From positions 59,458,001 to 59,522,000 of the forward strand of contig OX597814.1 of NCBI GenBank assembly GCA_951406725.2: DNA of 64,000 nucleotides. Direction: 5' to 3'. The stretch is from Octopus vulgaris. Taxonomy: Eukaryota. Positions 12,530 to 25,818 of this stretch are shown here, one piece after another; position 1 is the stretch's first letter; the number at the start of each line of letters is the position of its first letter. A program made the position numbers and the translations under genes. Under the pieces are notes generated by a model. It did no database searches. It saw only the letters and a program-made list of their open reading frames with translations, and had not been told where the DNA came from.

Positions 12530-14180
12530 TATTGTTCAAAACAGAAGATGTGCAACTGACGAAAAGGTGTACATTTGAGTTTGAAGATTGAAAAGGCATG
12601 TCAAAAGAATTCATACTGCGGCACCAGTTCCCTGTGCAAGCCATTACAATGGCCTCATATTGCATAATCAATGAATCATTTCAAGGATTCTTTCAAGCAA
12701 TGGCTTTGTTTCTTATGTCCAACATTTCTCTCAGGGCGCTTACACTCTGTCGTGTGTGCATACTGACATTACACATCCAGCGGATCGTGCTAGCTTCATT
12801 TCTTTCGGACCTCCGCATGTCCTCAGCTGTCACAGCCTATGTTTCACTGTCGTGAAGCATGGCAGTTTGCACACATGCATCATACAATCTACCTTTCACT
12901 TTGAGCGAAATGCCCTTTGTCACCAGTAGGAGTAGAAGCTTTCTGCGCTTTGCCCAGGCTATTCTTATTCTAGTTGTAAGACTCTCTCAGCATCTAGCTC
13001 CAATACCAACTTGGTCACCTAGGTAGCGGAAGCTATCAACTACTTCTAGTTTCTCCCCCTAGAATGTGATGGGATCTGTTTTCTGAGTGTCTGTGGTATT
13101 TATTGCCCCTGTGATTCTGCCGCACACGAAAGCTATCTTCCCGGTTTATCTTCCTTTGATATTGCTGTACACATTATGCGTCCATAGCTTACACTGGGTA
13201 CCTCTTAGGCAGTTTCTACCTACACCTTTTCTACAGATCGAGCAGGGCCACCTACCTGAAGGGGTGTGTGATGTGTTCGCCTTCCGATTTACTAGAACTT
13301 TGGTCTTTGCAACATTGACTCTAAGGCCTTTCGATTCTAAACCTTGCTACTACACCTGAAATTTCTTCTCTTTTTTCTGGTATTGATTCTGCTATGAGGG
13401 CCAGATCATCAGCATAGGGGAGCTCCCAGTGAAGACTTGTCTTGAACTCCTCTGTTATTGCCTGGAGGACTATGATGAATAAAAGGGGACTGAGGGCTGA
13501 TTCTTGGTGGAGCCCTACTTCTTCACTATACTCATTGCCAATCCTAACCTTACAAACGGCCTCTGTGTATAGCGCCTGTACAACTCTTATTAACCATTCG
13601 TCTATCCCCAGTTTCCGCATCGTTCACTAGATAAGGGATCGGGTGACCCTATCAAAGGCTTTCTCCAACTCCACAAAAGCTAAGTATAGGGGTTTATCTT
13701 TGGCTAGGTATTTCTCCTGCAGTTGCTGCACCAGTAATATAGCACCATTGGTGCATCTGCCTGACACAAAACCGAACTGCGTCTCATCTAAGCAGACTCT
13801 CTCCCTAATGAGATGGGCTATGGCTTTCATCACCTGATCCAGCAGTTTGATACCCCTGTATTTATTTCTATCTAAAGAATCACCTTTACCGTCGTAGCAG
13901 TTGACAATGGTACTGCTACGCCAGTCATTGGGTATGACTCCATCATGAAATACCTGGTTTACAATGCGGGAGACTAGGCCATAGCCCACACCACCAGAAA
14001 TTTTAAGCATCCCATTAGTGATTCTTGATGGGCTTTTCCTGGCTTCATACCCTTAATTACTTTATCTACTAGGGAGCTGTCTATTCGGATAGCTGGTCCT
14101 TCTACTGGGTCAACATTTGGCAGGCTCTCCACTTCCTATTCATTCTCCACGTTCAGCAGTATTTTATAATGTCTTTTCCA
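12530..14180 (-). mobile_element. RTE-clade LINE, 5'-truncated, with disrupted RT
   Basis: IPNDWRSSTIV..KGKGD-like, YRGIKLL, QFGF, AFVELEKAFDRV, GLHQESALSPLLF and YADDLAL in ORFs 13627-14010 and 13321-13620. Confidence 0.88.
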
Positions 14181-14225
14181 CCTTTGATTATATGATCCGT
14201 AATCAGAATATAACTTCCTCGAATT

Positions 14226-14708
<483 letters not shown>

Positions 14709-14797
14709 GAAATGAGGTAATCAGAAGATCGGATGGTTTGTATTTAGAGATATTTATTTATATATTACATTTTTTACATATATATCATATCACTTAG

Positions 14798-14840
14798 TTC
14801 ATTAGCGCTTTCTCCCATTCTATTGGGGTTTTCAAATGAA
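14798..14840 (-). ncRNA. Minimal hammerhead ribozyme, U3-A8 core variant
   Basis: Minus strand: TTCAT-TTGAAAA-C-CCCA-ATAGAA-TGGG-A-GAAA-GCGC-TA-ATGAA. Perfect 5-bp stem I and palindromic AGCGCT stem III. Confidence 0.72.
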
Positions 14841-15667
14841 AATAAGTTCCTTCGCTGGGGATTTTAATCATTTTATAGTTTCTGGTTGTGGTGGGGAGGA
14901 GTGTAAGACAGTACAAGAGGGTGAGGTGGATGAGGAGGAAGTGGGAAGGAGAACATGTGTGTATGTGTGTGTGTGTTGTGCGTGTGCGTGTATGTGCCTG
15001 TGTGTATTTGTATCTGAGGTGATGCTAAAGAGAAAGAGGGGAAGGGAGAGGGAAGAAGAAGGAAAGAAGTTTTTTGGTCTGCTGGACAAGATATTGACTT
15101 CAAGGGGTTTCAGTTTTGACCACTTCACACAGTGTCATTGAGTGTGTGATGGTAGGAGGTAAGCCATAAATTATATTTCCTTTTAACATTGTTGGGATGG
15201 TCAGATGTCTTTTTGGGTTTTTAAGAATTCTTGTCACTTTGTATGATCGTTTTGTGGAGGTGTGTGTGTGTGTGTGTGTGCGTGCGCGTGTGCGTGTGTG
15301 CATGTGCGCGTGTCTGTGTGTTTGGAGAAGGGGAGAGAGACAAAAAAATATAAGGAAAAAGAAAAAGAAAAATAAGGGAGGAAGGGGAAAAAAATGTTGT
15401 GTTGATATTTATACCACTATATACATATATACACGCTTATACGTGAAATATTTGGAAAAAACCTTTTTATCGGTTCAAAATGAACAACTAAATTACATCA
15501 TCTTGAAAATTGTATATCATAGGAAAGTTAAAATTAAAGTGACAGTTAAAAAGTACAGATGAAGTAAATTATAAAAATAATATATATATATATATATATG
15601 TAAAATTAACAGAATGAGATTAAAAAAATCCAAGGCTGTGAAAGATTTCACATTTATAAAGAGAAGG

Positions 15668-15713
15668 TCTTACAGCTGTTTCCGGAATATTTAATATATC
15701 CCTTCTTCAGAGA
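15668..15713 (-). ncRNA. Minimal hammerhead ribozyme, canonical core
   Basis: Minus strand: TCT-CTGAAGA-A-GGGATAT-ATTAA-ATATTCC-G-GAAA-CAGCTG-TA-AGA. Confidence 0.75.
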
Positions 15714-17146
15714 AGGTGCGAGAAAATGGTTAAGCAATAGTTATTACAGGGAAGATATGAAATACAGAGTGAAGTGGAAGAATGAAAACAGACGTGAGAT
15801 ACGTCAGGATAATTTATCTGCAGTTCCATTATTTAAGCAGTATATATTACCAGTATACTTATTCAAATATGTGAGGTGTTTATATATCAATAAATTACCA
15901 GATATACCGCTGTAAAGAAAGGATAAATTCTACTCTAGTTTTGAATTCACTGAACACGTTTTGGCACTATGAAAATAATAAACCGCTTTTATTCGAACTA
16001 CAATAACTATTACAATTCTGAATTACTATGAACTCATGTATCTAATAAGATGGAAAGTATGTATTCTTAAACATATGAAGGTGTTAACCACCTAATCCAA
16101 TTAAGATATATACTTTTATTAAACAGTCTAGTGATCTGGGCACTTGATCAAAAATATTAAAATATAGTTATGAACATCGTATATAATAATATCTGGAATC
16201 GAGTGATTTTATCTAGACAGTAAATTACTAGGCTACTCTTAAATAGATGTCAGACAGCCACTCAATCTTTCAGTGAAAGCCGACATAAATTGCAAAATAG
16301 CAGAGAGTCTCATTATCAGAACAACGCATTAAAAGAGATACAACTACTTGACGCATCCAGTCATAAAAACAAATCAATCGCTTTTCCAAATAATTTGTTT
16401 CTTAGTCAAAATGGACAACTACCTCTTTTAGCGACTCTGACAATTGCTTTGTATACAATGTAATTATAACCATTTTTATTGACATTAATGGTATTGTTAT
16501 CACTATGTTATTTCTTCTTGTTGCTGTTACTGTTGTGGCATTTATTGCTGCTTTTTTGTTTTATTTTCATGTTTGCTCTTATTGCATATACAGTCTGTCA
16601 AACAATGCCAAAGAAAAAACAAATATAGATTTTTCATCATTCTTCTATTATTTTGTATCTTTCTAATAGTAACGTCATCGTCTTTCTCTCTGATTTTTTT
16701 TTCATTAGGTCCTTGTGTGAGGTTTCTTAATTTTCTGAAGGAAATATCTAACGTTTGTCGAATGTAACGCAATTTTTTAAAATTTTTAATCAATAGCGAA
16801 TCACATTAAGATAAAATATTTGAAAAGAAATCAGCATAAGAGATGTCACTAACTCACATTAATTATTATTAATAAAGAAATTAATAACTCACATTAATTA
16901 TTATTAATGCTTCTCGAGGTTATTGATGGCTTTTCATTCTTTATTTTTATTTCGTTTCGAGTCTGCTGACATTTTGTTCCAACTTAAACATTTTGACTCT
17001 TCAAAGATCGTAACTTCTTGACTTTTCACGAGAAAGATAGCATGATGTGTCCCTTAGAAAGTTATCTAGATTACTAGACAATGCCTATAAAACAGCTTCT
17101 ATTTGTTTTAAAAATCATAGAAACATGATTAGCATCATATTACACT

Positions 17147-17218
<72 letters not shown>

Positions 17219-17426
17219 CAGATACAAGGGTAAAGAATTATTAATTTAATAATTAATAAATTTTACCAAGTAGATTCGGTATGGAAAGAGAACCATTATC
17301 AATGGAACCTTTTAGAAAAAGTTTTTTTTTTATATAAATATAATTAAGGGTTAAGCAACAAGTTGCTTCACCACATGCCGAACATTTAGAAATAGCAGCC
17401 AAAAGACATATATATATATATATATA

Positions 17427-18445
17427 ATCCCAGATAAAAATTCCCCAAAACAGAAAAATAGCTTTTAGCCAACACATAGATACTTGCGCCAACAAAAAAA
17501 CACCAAACTTCAGAATTTTCCCCCTCTACCAATTTAGGGACGATACAACCTCAAGACAACGAATAAGTAAAGAAAATCTCTTTATTACAAAATACAAGCC
17601 ACTTCTTAACGGGTCTACGACAAACAATTAATATACCTCAATTTTAGAATAAAAGAAAAAAATATATATACACACACAAATACTACACTCCATAGAATCC
17701 ATTACTAATCAGCCCCTTCATAGCTATATTTACACCCATTCATATTCTCCCTTCTCTGTTTTTTTCTTCTTCTTCTTCTTCCTCTTCTTCTTCATCATCA
17801 TCGTTATCATCATCATCGGCATCATCATCATCGCCACCATCATCACCACCATCTTCTCCTTCTCCTCCTTCTTCTTCTTCTTCTTCTTCATCATCATCGT
17901 TATCATCATCATCGTCGTCATAATCATCACCACCATCACCATCATCGTCATCTTCTCCTTCTCCTTCTCCTTCTTCTTCTTCCTCTTCTTCTTCTTCTTC
18001 TCCACCCCCTACCCCTTAAGTTTGTCACTAATGTTTTTTAGTATAACACCTACGCTAATTCTATAAACAAGCCTGTCAATATAAATATTCTCCTGAATTG
18101 AACTGAGACTGCCAGCCGCCACTGACCATTCAAAATACGACCATCAGGGCACTCCCAGATTCCCCCACCCCCTTTCCTCACCAGCCTTCCCTCTACTACC
18201 CTACCAAGAACTCACAACTACTTCGAACACACAAGTGCAAACAAGGGAGTCAGAGAAAGGTAGAATGCCACTTAAATCTGAACACTACTATAGAAATATT
18301 CTTTTAAAAAAACTTTTCTTCTAATTTTTCTAAATTTAATTATTTAATCGTTACAGTTGAAAAGGTCTCAAAATGACCGAAACCGGTACTGAAATGTTCA
18401 CTATAAAATTATTTTAGCATTTTCTATTTTTTACTTGTTTTTTCA
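17427..18445 (+). mobile_element. PLE 3' fragment (endonuclease C-terminus + pseudo-LTR), same family as 821-3892
   Basis: Encodes SQIKIPQNRKIAFSQHIDTCAN..FITKYKPLLN, then a UTR homologous to 3118-3892. (TA)n on both sides. Confidence 0.9.
18349..18396 (+). ncRNA. Minimal hammerhead ribozyme, U3-A8 variant, best-preserved copy of its family
   Basis: CGTTACAG-TTGAAAA-GGTC-TCAAAAT-GACC-GAAA-CCGG-TA-CTGAAATG. Stem I pairs 7 of 8 and stem II pairs 4 of 4. Confidence 0.8.
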
Positions 18446-18467
18446 TATATATATATATATATATATG

Positions 18468-18507
<40 letters not shown>

Positions 18508-19619
18508 ACTGTATACATATATATCTGTTTATATATGTATATATACATACCTACATATATATATATATATATATATATTTACATGTATGTGTGTGTGTCT
18601 GTCTGTAACTACGAAAATGCACTGCGCCGATTGTTACGTGTTTCCAAAAGTGTCGACTCATTTTAAATGAGTTGAACATTACCACTTACATCACGAGTAT
18701 GGTAATTAATTTTGATCATCAGGTTTAACATATATCACCTTCCCTAGAGAACGTTTGGCCAATGTAATCACTTGAAAACATTAGAACCAAGACTGAGATG
18801 TGAGTATAACGTGACATGTGAATTGTTACTTTCTATTCCAGTAAACATTAAGCAGTGGTCTCTTATTTCTGTCATTGAATGGGCATTAAGAAACGTCTAC
18901 AAAGATCTATAGTATCGTTGGGTATGAGCGCCAAACAGCATAACATTGCTTTATTGCTTTTATAATCTCTGCAGATGTCTGCTGTTAAGGAGAAAGATAT
19001 TTAATGTATGCATCCATTGCCAATATATATATGGTTAATGTTATACAGATATTCTGTAGAAATTATGGCCGGCACTGATTTTTGTTACGGCGTTTTATAT
19101 CCGAGATGTCACATGTAAACAATGTGATCGACAATGAAAAACGGCTTATATGCCGTATTGCTGGAGTATTTCTCATTCATCTACCCCCGATTATCCCCAT
19201 AATCTTCCAGGAACACATTGCTTAAATAGCCAATAAATACAGCGTGCCAATACAGTTTATATATTGTTGAATCAAACTTAAATACAAATATAAATTCTGC
19301 GTCTTTAACATGAAAAAATAAGCCAACGTCTGGAAAAAATGGTATTTGTATATTTGTTGAAGATTAATTAACCTGGATATTTAAATATCATATGTTTGGA
19401 TTAATTGCAAGAAAACTGCATAAAATTATATAAGGAAAATTGTAGAGATTCCAATACTTTTGGCTGCATCCATTCCTCTTTATATATGCAGATTATATAA
19501 TTTAAGTCGGCATATATATGTGTGTGTGTGTGTGGGTGTGTGCATGTATATATATATATGGTCATATATATATATGGTCATATATATATACATATATATA
19601 CATATGTGGATATATATGT

Positions 19620-19713
<94 letters not shown>

Positions 19714-19758
19714 CAATAATAATTCTCTAAACGAGATATAAACAGTAACTGCTCCATA

Positions 19759-20014
19759 ACATAAGGGACATCAGGGCGGTGGAGGTGTTACTGATGCATT
19801 TAGCCCCAGGCGATCATCAACGTCACCAGGAGGGCTGACACCATCACGGTGTCCTTTCTTCGGGGAATGATCTCCCTTTGCAGGCTAGAGGACACCGTGA
19901 TGGTGTCAGCCCTCCTGGTGACGTTGATGATCGCCTGGGGCTAAATGCATCAGTAACACCCCCACCACCCTGCCCTGTCCCTAGCCACATTCAGATGGCT
20001 GATGTCCCTTATGT
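19759..20014. repeat. GC-rich fold-back inverted repeat
   Basis: ~19772-19855 pairs with 19889-19972. Outer ACATAAGGGACATCAG pairs with CTGATGTCCCTTATGT. Lies between two (TA)n tracts. Confidence 0.9.
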
Positions 20015-20032
20015 ATATATATATATATATAT

Positions 20033-21010
20033 GTAAACGTTAAAAAAACACAAACTGGGACAAGAACGTGAAACATTTTGAAGACGACAAAAAAACACAC
20101 AGACGGGACTTTCGAAGTTCTCAGTCATCAGTCAAGAACCAGATCATCTTCGCAATTTCGGCTGATTAATCTTGAGATTGCTCCAATCTGGGCAGCCCGC
20201 CAAGGGAAATCTAAGCCAATCGCATTAGATTCCTTGGAAGAAAACCTCGAAAGTATACAACACGGTGATGGAAAAACGGACGATGTTACTCGAAAAAAAT
20301 TCAAAAATACGTAAAAACAATAACGATAGCGCGGATAAGAATACAAAATAACGTAAAAACAATAATAACAAAACCAGGACGTCAGGACAAGCGTCTTTCG
20401 ACAGGACGAGTTGAGTATAGGCTGGCTGTGGAACAAGTGCCTGAAGGTAAACGGAGCACAAACAAATACGTGTTGTCACCCTAACTACTTGATGCGAAAA
20501 GGCAGTAGTAGCTGGCTGGTCACGTGAGCACAAAAAGGAGAAAGGGACAGATGAAGAGAGAAGCAAGAGAGGGAAAGGGACAGGTCAAGTGGGGTATAAG
20601 GTCTGAGAGGCAGAGAAATGTGGGAGAGGAGGGACAGAGGAAGAGAGAAAGAAAGAAGGGGAACAAGGGAGGAGAAGAAAAAGAGGGAAAGAGACAGAAC
20701 AAGGGGAGTGCAAAGGGTGAAGGCAGAGAAAAGTAGGAGAGGGGGGGGGAAGAGACAGTGTAGTCGAGTCGTACCGATGTTAGAGAGTAATATACTTACA
20801 GTATAGGGTCAAAAGGTAGGATACGTAGCCGCCGTGTATGTAAACGTTAAAAAAACACAAACTGGGACAAGAACGTGAAACATTTTGAAGACGACAAAAA
20901 CACACACAGATGGGACTTTCGAAGCTCTCAGTCATCAGTCAAGAACCAGATCATCTTCGCAATTTCGGCTGATTAATCTTGAGATTGCTCCAATCTGGGC
21001 AGCCCGCCAA

Positions 21011-21015
<5 letters not shown>
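20033..21015 (-). mobile_element. Non-coding partial tandem element: ~807-bp unit plus ~176-bp direct repeat
   Basis: 20033-20208 is repeated nearly identically at 20840-21015. (TA)n on the left and (GA)n on the right. Confidence 0.75.
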
Positions 21016-21079
<64 letters not shown>

Positions 21080-21574
21080 GTATGTGAACGAGTGTGTGAG
21101 TATGTATGTGAGAGCGTGCATACATATATGCAGACAGAAAGATAGATCACAATTTAGTAGCAGTACCCATAACAATGCTATTACATTAGATTCTTACTTT
21201 CAATGGCTACTTGACAGATTTTAATGGAAATAATTTTCCGCAGGGCCAAATATAACAGCGTGCTAATTTCCTTCGGAACTATGCAAGACTACATAATTCA
21301 AGTACCGGCATATATGTTATTTCTGTACATAATTTCTTAGCTCTCCTGCCCATCCCTGTTTCTTAATATACCAATTTATTAATATACCAATTTACTTTGA
21401 TAATCTATAGATACACGTGCGTGTTCGTGCATGTTTTTTTATGCGCGCATACCGTGTATTTGCTTTCTCTGCCTAGATATGTAGTCACCCATCGCTTCTA
21501 AATGACAACTCGATTGATGTTTCTCATCTGAAAAAAAAGCAAAATTAGTAATTGGAAGAATGATTAGTAGCATA

Positions 21575-21961
21575 TCTCTCTATATATATAAACGGCAGTT
21601 TGTCTGTCTGCGTGTCTGTGTGTCTGTTAGGTTGTACCCTCACCCTGACCACGGCTTTCAACCGATTCTGATGAAACTTGACACACACATAGCCCAATGT
21701 CATAATTCAAAGCTAACGCAGCGAAAATTTTGAAAAGTTTCCCCAGTTCTGAAAAAAATCGATAAATTCGACATGGGGTCGAGAATCAGAAACACAAACC
21801 ACAGACTGTCTAGGGGGGCGCAACTCGACCTTTTTAACTCTCAAAAAAATTTACCATAATTTTTTTTCCATTTTTTTTGCTATTTTTTGGCTATAACTCT
21901 CTAAAAATGCTTTATAGTTATTTCCCTTACACACCCGAGCAACGCCGGGTGATACTGCTAG
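21575..21961 (+). mobile_element. Non-autonomous Helitron
   Basis: A|TC 5' end, then GTCT microsatellite. 3' hairpin CCCG-AGCAACGC-CGGG and a CTAG|T end, with no TSD. Confidence 0.82.
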
Positions 21962-22115
21962 TAGAGTATATTATGAATAAATATATGTCCAGCCGCAACA
22001 AAATGCAATTTAAGTTAGACCTCGGATTACATCTAGAATAATACTTACGTGTATGCCACTTTTAAATGTAATGTGTAACACAAAAGTGGTGAGTCATTAT
22101 TACTGTTATTTTAAA

Positions 22116-22660
22116 GGCGGCCAGCCGGCACAATCTTTAGCACGCTGGACGAAATGCATAGCGGTATTTCGTCTGTCGTTACGTTGTGGGTTCAGATTCC
22201 GCCGAGGTCAACTTTGCCTTTCATCCTACCAGTTATAAGTACTAGTTACGCACTGGGGGTCGTTATAATCGACTTAATCCGTTTGTCTGTCCTTCTGTGT
22301 CCCCTCTATGTTTAGGCCCTTGTGGATAGTAAAGAAATAGGTATTTCGGTCTGAATTCAAATTCTGCCGAGGTTAACTTTGCCTTTCATCCTACCAGTTA
22401 TAAGTACTAGTTACGCACTGGGGGTCGTTATAATCGACTTAATCCGTTTGTCTGTCCTTCTGTGTCCCCTCTATGTTTAGCCCCTTGTGGATAGTAAAGA
22501 AATAGGTATTTCGGTCTGAATTCAAATTCTGCCGAGGTTAACTTTGCATTTCATCATTTTGGGCTCGATAAAATAAGTACCAGTTGAACACTGGGGTCGA
22601 TGTAATCGACACATCCTCACTTCCCCTAATCTGCCCTTGTGGCACAAAATTTGAAATGAC
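22116..22660 (+). mobile_element. SINE with internal ~165-bp tandem amplification
   Basis: TTCYGCCGAGGTYAACTTTGC recurs at ~22197, 22362 and 22527. Confidence 0.8.
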
Positions 22661-23812
22661 TGTTACTGTTATTTGCATGTCCAAGTGCTGTCAATTAATA
22701 TATCGTAAACAAGACTTAGTTTTCGTAAATGTATATGAAAGGATTCCATAGAAAGTGTAAATCTGACCCTATATACATTGAAATACAGATCGAATGGATA
22801 GACAATAGCTTAAGAGTGCGTACATATTTTAATCTATTACGTTTATTCCCTTGTTTTCCATTTTTTCAGTTTTGTTAATTAACTACGAAGTCGTTACATA
22901 TTAAGTCGTTTCATATTATGCTGTTCCCTACAGGGAAGAGCATAATATGAAAAAATGCAACTGTGTATTACATGCAGCTCTAATCATTTAAAAATTTAAG
23001 TCTTAATGTAAAATCAACAGTATTATTTTCCTCTGATTCTATTATAATTTCAGCCCTTATTTCTTCATCGACTACAGAAAATCTTCATTCACAGAGATCC
23101 AGTCACTTGTTTCAATAATAAATTAATTTCATGGCACTCATTCCTCACATATTTGCAACTATATGTAGTATCCCATAATTTTTTCTGGTATAGTGCATAT
23201 TTCTATTTCAAACTGATCAACCTTACTGATTTTCCTGTGTAAACGTAATTTTTAATAGAACTTAGAAACAATATCCTGATATTTATTTTGGAAGTACATC
23301 ACAGATTAACGAGCGTACCCGGAAAAATTACAGTCTGTCTCTTTTGACAAGGCACAACAGCCGTTCAGTCTGTCCGCTAAGGGTACAGTGAAGTCATGGA
23401 ATTGCAGCGTGGTGAAGTGTGAAGAGGCGGCATAACAGCTCAAATGAGCTCAATGTAATTCTCATATTGACGCTCGGCAAAAGAGTCCTAGCGTAACAGT
23501 CATGATCACCAAATTCTAGCAAACGAGTAAGCGCAACACATCCATGGCTGTGTAATGAGCTAATGAAAGATTCATTATGACCCAAAATACTAGTTCAAAC
23601 TCATAATAAAAATGGATGACGTCAGAGACGGTGAATCAGCGCGACTGGATGATGATTTTTAAGTATTTAATCATAATTAGCACACATTCCTTCCTCTTAC
23701 AAGGAACCTAATTATCAAGCAAGTTACTTTAAAGAATGTCTATCTCTTTTCTCTCTCCTCCCGCTCTCTCCCTCTTATACATACATATACACATACATAC
23801 ACACATATATAT

Positions 23813-23882
<70 letters not shown>

Positions 23883-23940
23883 GTGTGTGTATTCTTTCAT
23901 TTGAATCAGTCATTTGACTGCGGCCATGCTGGAGCACCGC

Positions 23941-24004
<64 letters not shown>

Positions 24005-24269
24005 ACACACACATAGATATACGTGTATTTACGTGTATATATGCAAATGGGTACTGAAAAGTACCTGCTTTTAAGGGTGTCGTGAAAGGCCTGGTTGGGG
24101 GCCCTACCTTCCGAGTCTTTTTACAGTGCATAGAAAAAGTAAAGGACCGCTGCTATAAGTGTATGAATTTGAAAGTGGATATGATGAATGGAATTATAAT
24201 TAACTGATCCTCCTGTATTTTCTTTCAAACGAACCCAGGAACATTTTAGCGTCATCTTGTATATCTATA

Positions 24270-25093
24270 CGAGACGGTAAAAACTAATTCCCCGACTAGT
24301 ACTGTTACACGCCAACAGATGACAGCACACGGTTGTGTGGGCAATGTGGCCTAGCAATGTGCCGAGTGACATTGCTGTGTTCACTTCGCAAGTTGTAAAA
24401 TTTATTTTTGTGATTACGCGTGTGCTGTAGTCTGCGATTTTCTGATGGACTGGAACAAAGTGCCAATGTGTAATTTTGCGTTAAACTTGCGAAGTCTTTT
24501 ACAGAGACATTGATCATGCTTCGGCATGCTTACAGTGACGAGGCAATGGATTGTACGCAATGTTTTGAGTGGCACGGGTGCTTCAAAAGCGGAAGAGCAT
24601 CCCCGGAAGACAATAAGCCATCTGGAAGACATGAAATGTTGTATTGTGCATCGAGAATTCGTTCCCCCGATATTTTGAAGCGTCTGAGGAAGGACATTCG
24701 ATGAAAGCAACCAGATCTTTAGAGCACGAAGAATTGGATTCTAAATGTCAACAGTGCACCCAGTCACGGAGCTCTACTTACTTGTGAGTTTCGCACCCAA
24801 AACAACATGGTATCACTTCTGCACCCGGCCCATTCCTCAGATCTATCACTTGCAGATTTCCACCTCTTCCCCGAAATGAAAGTGCTGTTCAAAGATTGCC
24901 ATTTTAACACTGCTGTCGAGTTCAAGAGTTGCAGAAAGTTCTCGACTCACTTAAGGAAAAATGACTTCCAAGCCAGATTCCAAAAAGGGACAAGAACACA
25001 AGGTGATTATTTCGAAGGAGATGTTAAAACGTAGGTAAATAAGTTATCTTTTATTTAACATAATTAGTCTAGGAATCTCTTGATACTATCTCA
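24270..25093 (+). mobile_element. Internally deleted mariner-like transposon
   Basis: HTH-like remnant (CFEWHGCFKSGRASPED) and HPAHSSDLSLADFHLFP (YSPDLAPxD-like). Degenerate TIRs start after TA at 24268. Confidence 0.75.
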
Positions 25094-25407
25094 TGTGTGT
25101 GTCAGTGTGTTAATATATAATACACTCATACATATATGTACATGTTGCAGTTATCGTCCAGATGTGAGATGTTCCCTACTCGGAGTTTCTAGTTCACTAT
25201 CCCCAGGACTCTGATAATCAGGAAGGATGAATCGGAGCTACTGACGCATATTGATATTTGGATAGGAATATACATCCATCCATGCATATATACTGACATT
25301 CACATTTAACATAATTTATTTTTTACACGCATAAAATATATATATTTATATCTTTTATATTTTCTATGTAGGTATGTATATGTGTCAGCGAATATGTACA
25401 CGTTAAA

Positions 25408-25818
25408 GGCGCAGGAGTGGCTGTGTGGTAAGTAGCTTGCTAACCAACCACATGGTTCCGGGTTCAGTCCCATTGCGTGGCATCTTGGGCAAGTGCCTTC
25501 TGCTAAAGCCCCGAGCCGACCAATGCCTTGTGAGTGGATTTGGTAGACGAAAACTGAAAGAAGCCTGTCGTATATATGTTTATATATATATATATGTGTG
25601 TGTGTATGTATGTGTGTCTGTGTTTGTCCCCCTAGCATTGCTTGACAACAGATGCTGGTGTGTTTACGTCTCCGTCACATAGCGGTTCGGCAAAAGAGAC
25701 CGATAGAATAAGTACTGGGCTTACAAAGAATAAGTCCTGGGGTCGATTTGCTCAACTAAAGGCGGTGCTCCAGCATGGCCGCAGTCAAATGACTGAAACA
25801 AGTAAAAAGAGTAAAAAA
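25408..25818 (+). mobile_element. Full-length tRNA-derived SINE with internal (TA)/(TG) tract
   Basis: GGCGCAGGAGTGGCTGTGTGGTAAG..GGTTCAGTCCC head. Further copies at 10400, 23895 (-), 32355-32600 (-), 39578-39895, 44388-44725 and 46435-46785. Confidence 0.85.

Noticed and set aside
16850-16908. 24-bp direct repeat with an 11-bp spacer, and other short repeats, as CRISPR-like arrays
   Set aside because: Only two AT-rich copies, no regular spacers and no cas genes. A local slippage duplication.
17266-17305. Minus-strand CCA-TTGATAA-TGGT..ACC-GAAT-CTAC-TTGG as another U3-A8 hammerhead
   Set aside because: GAAA is broken and there is no palindromic stem III. It cannot be supported without a family consensus.
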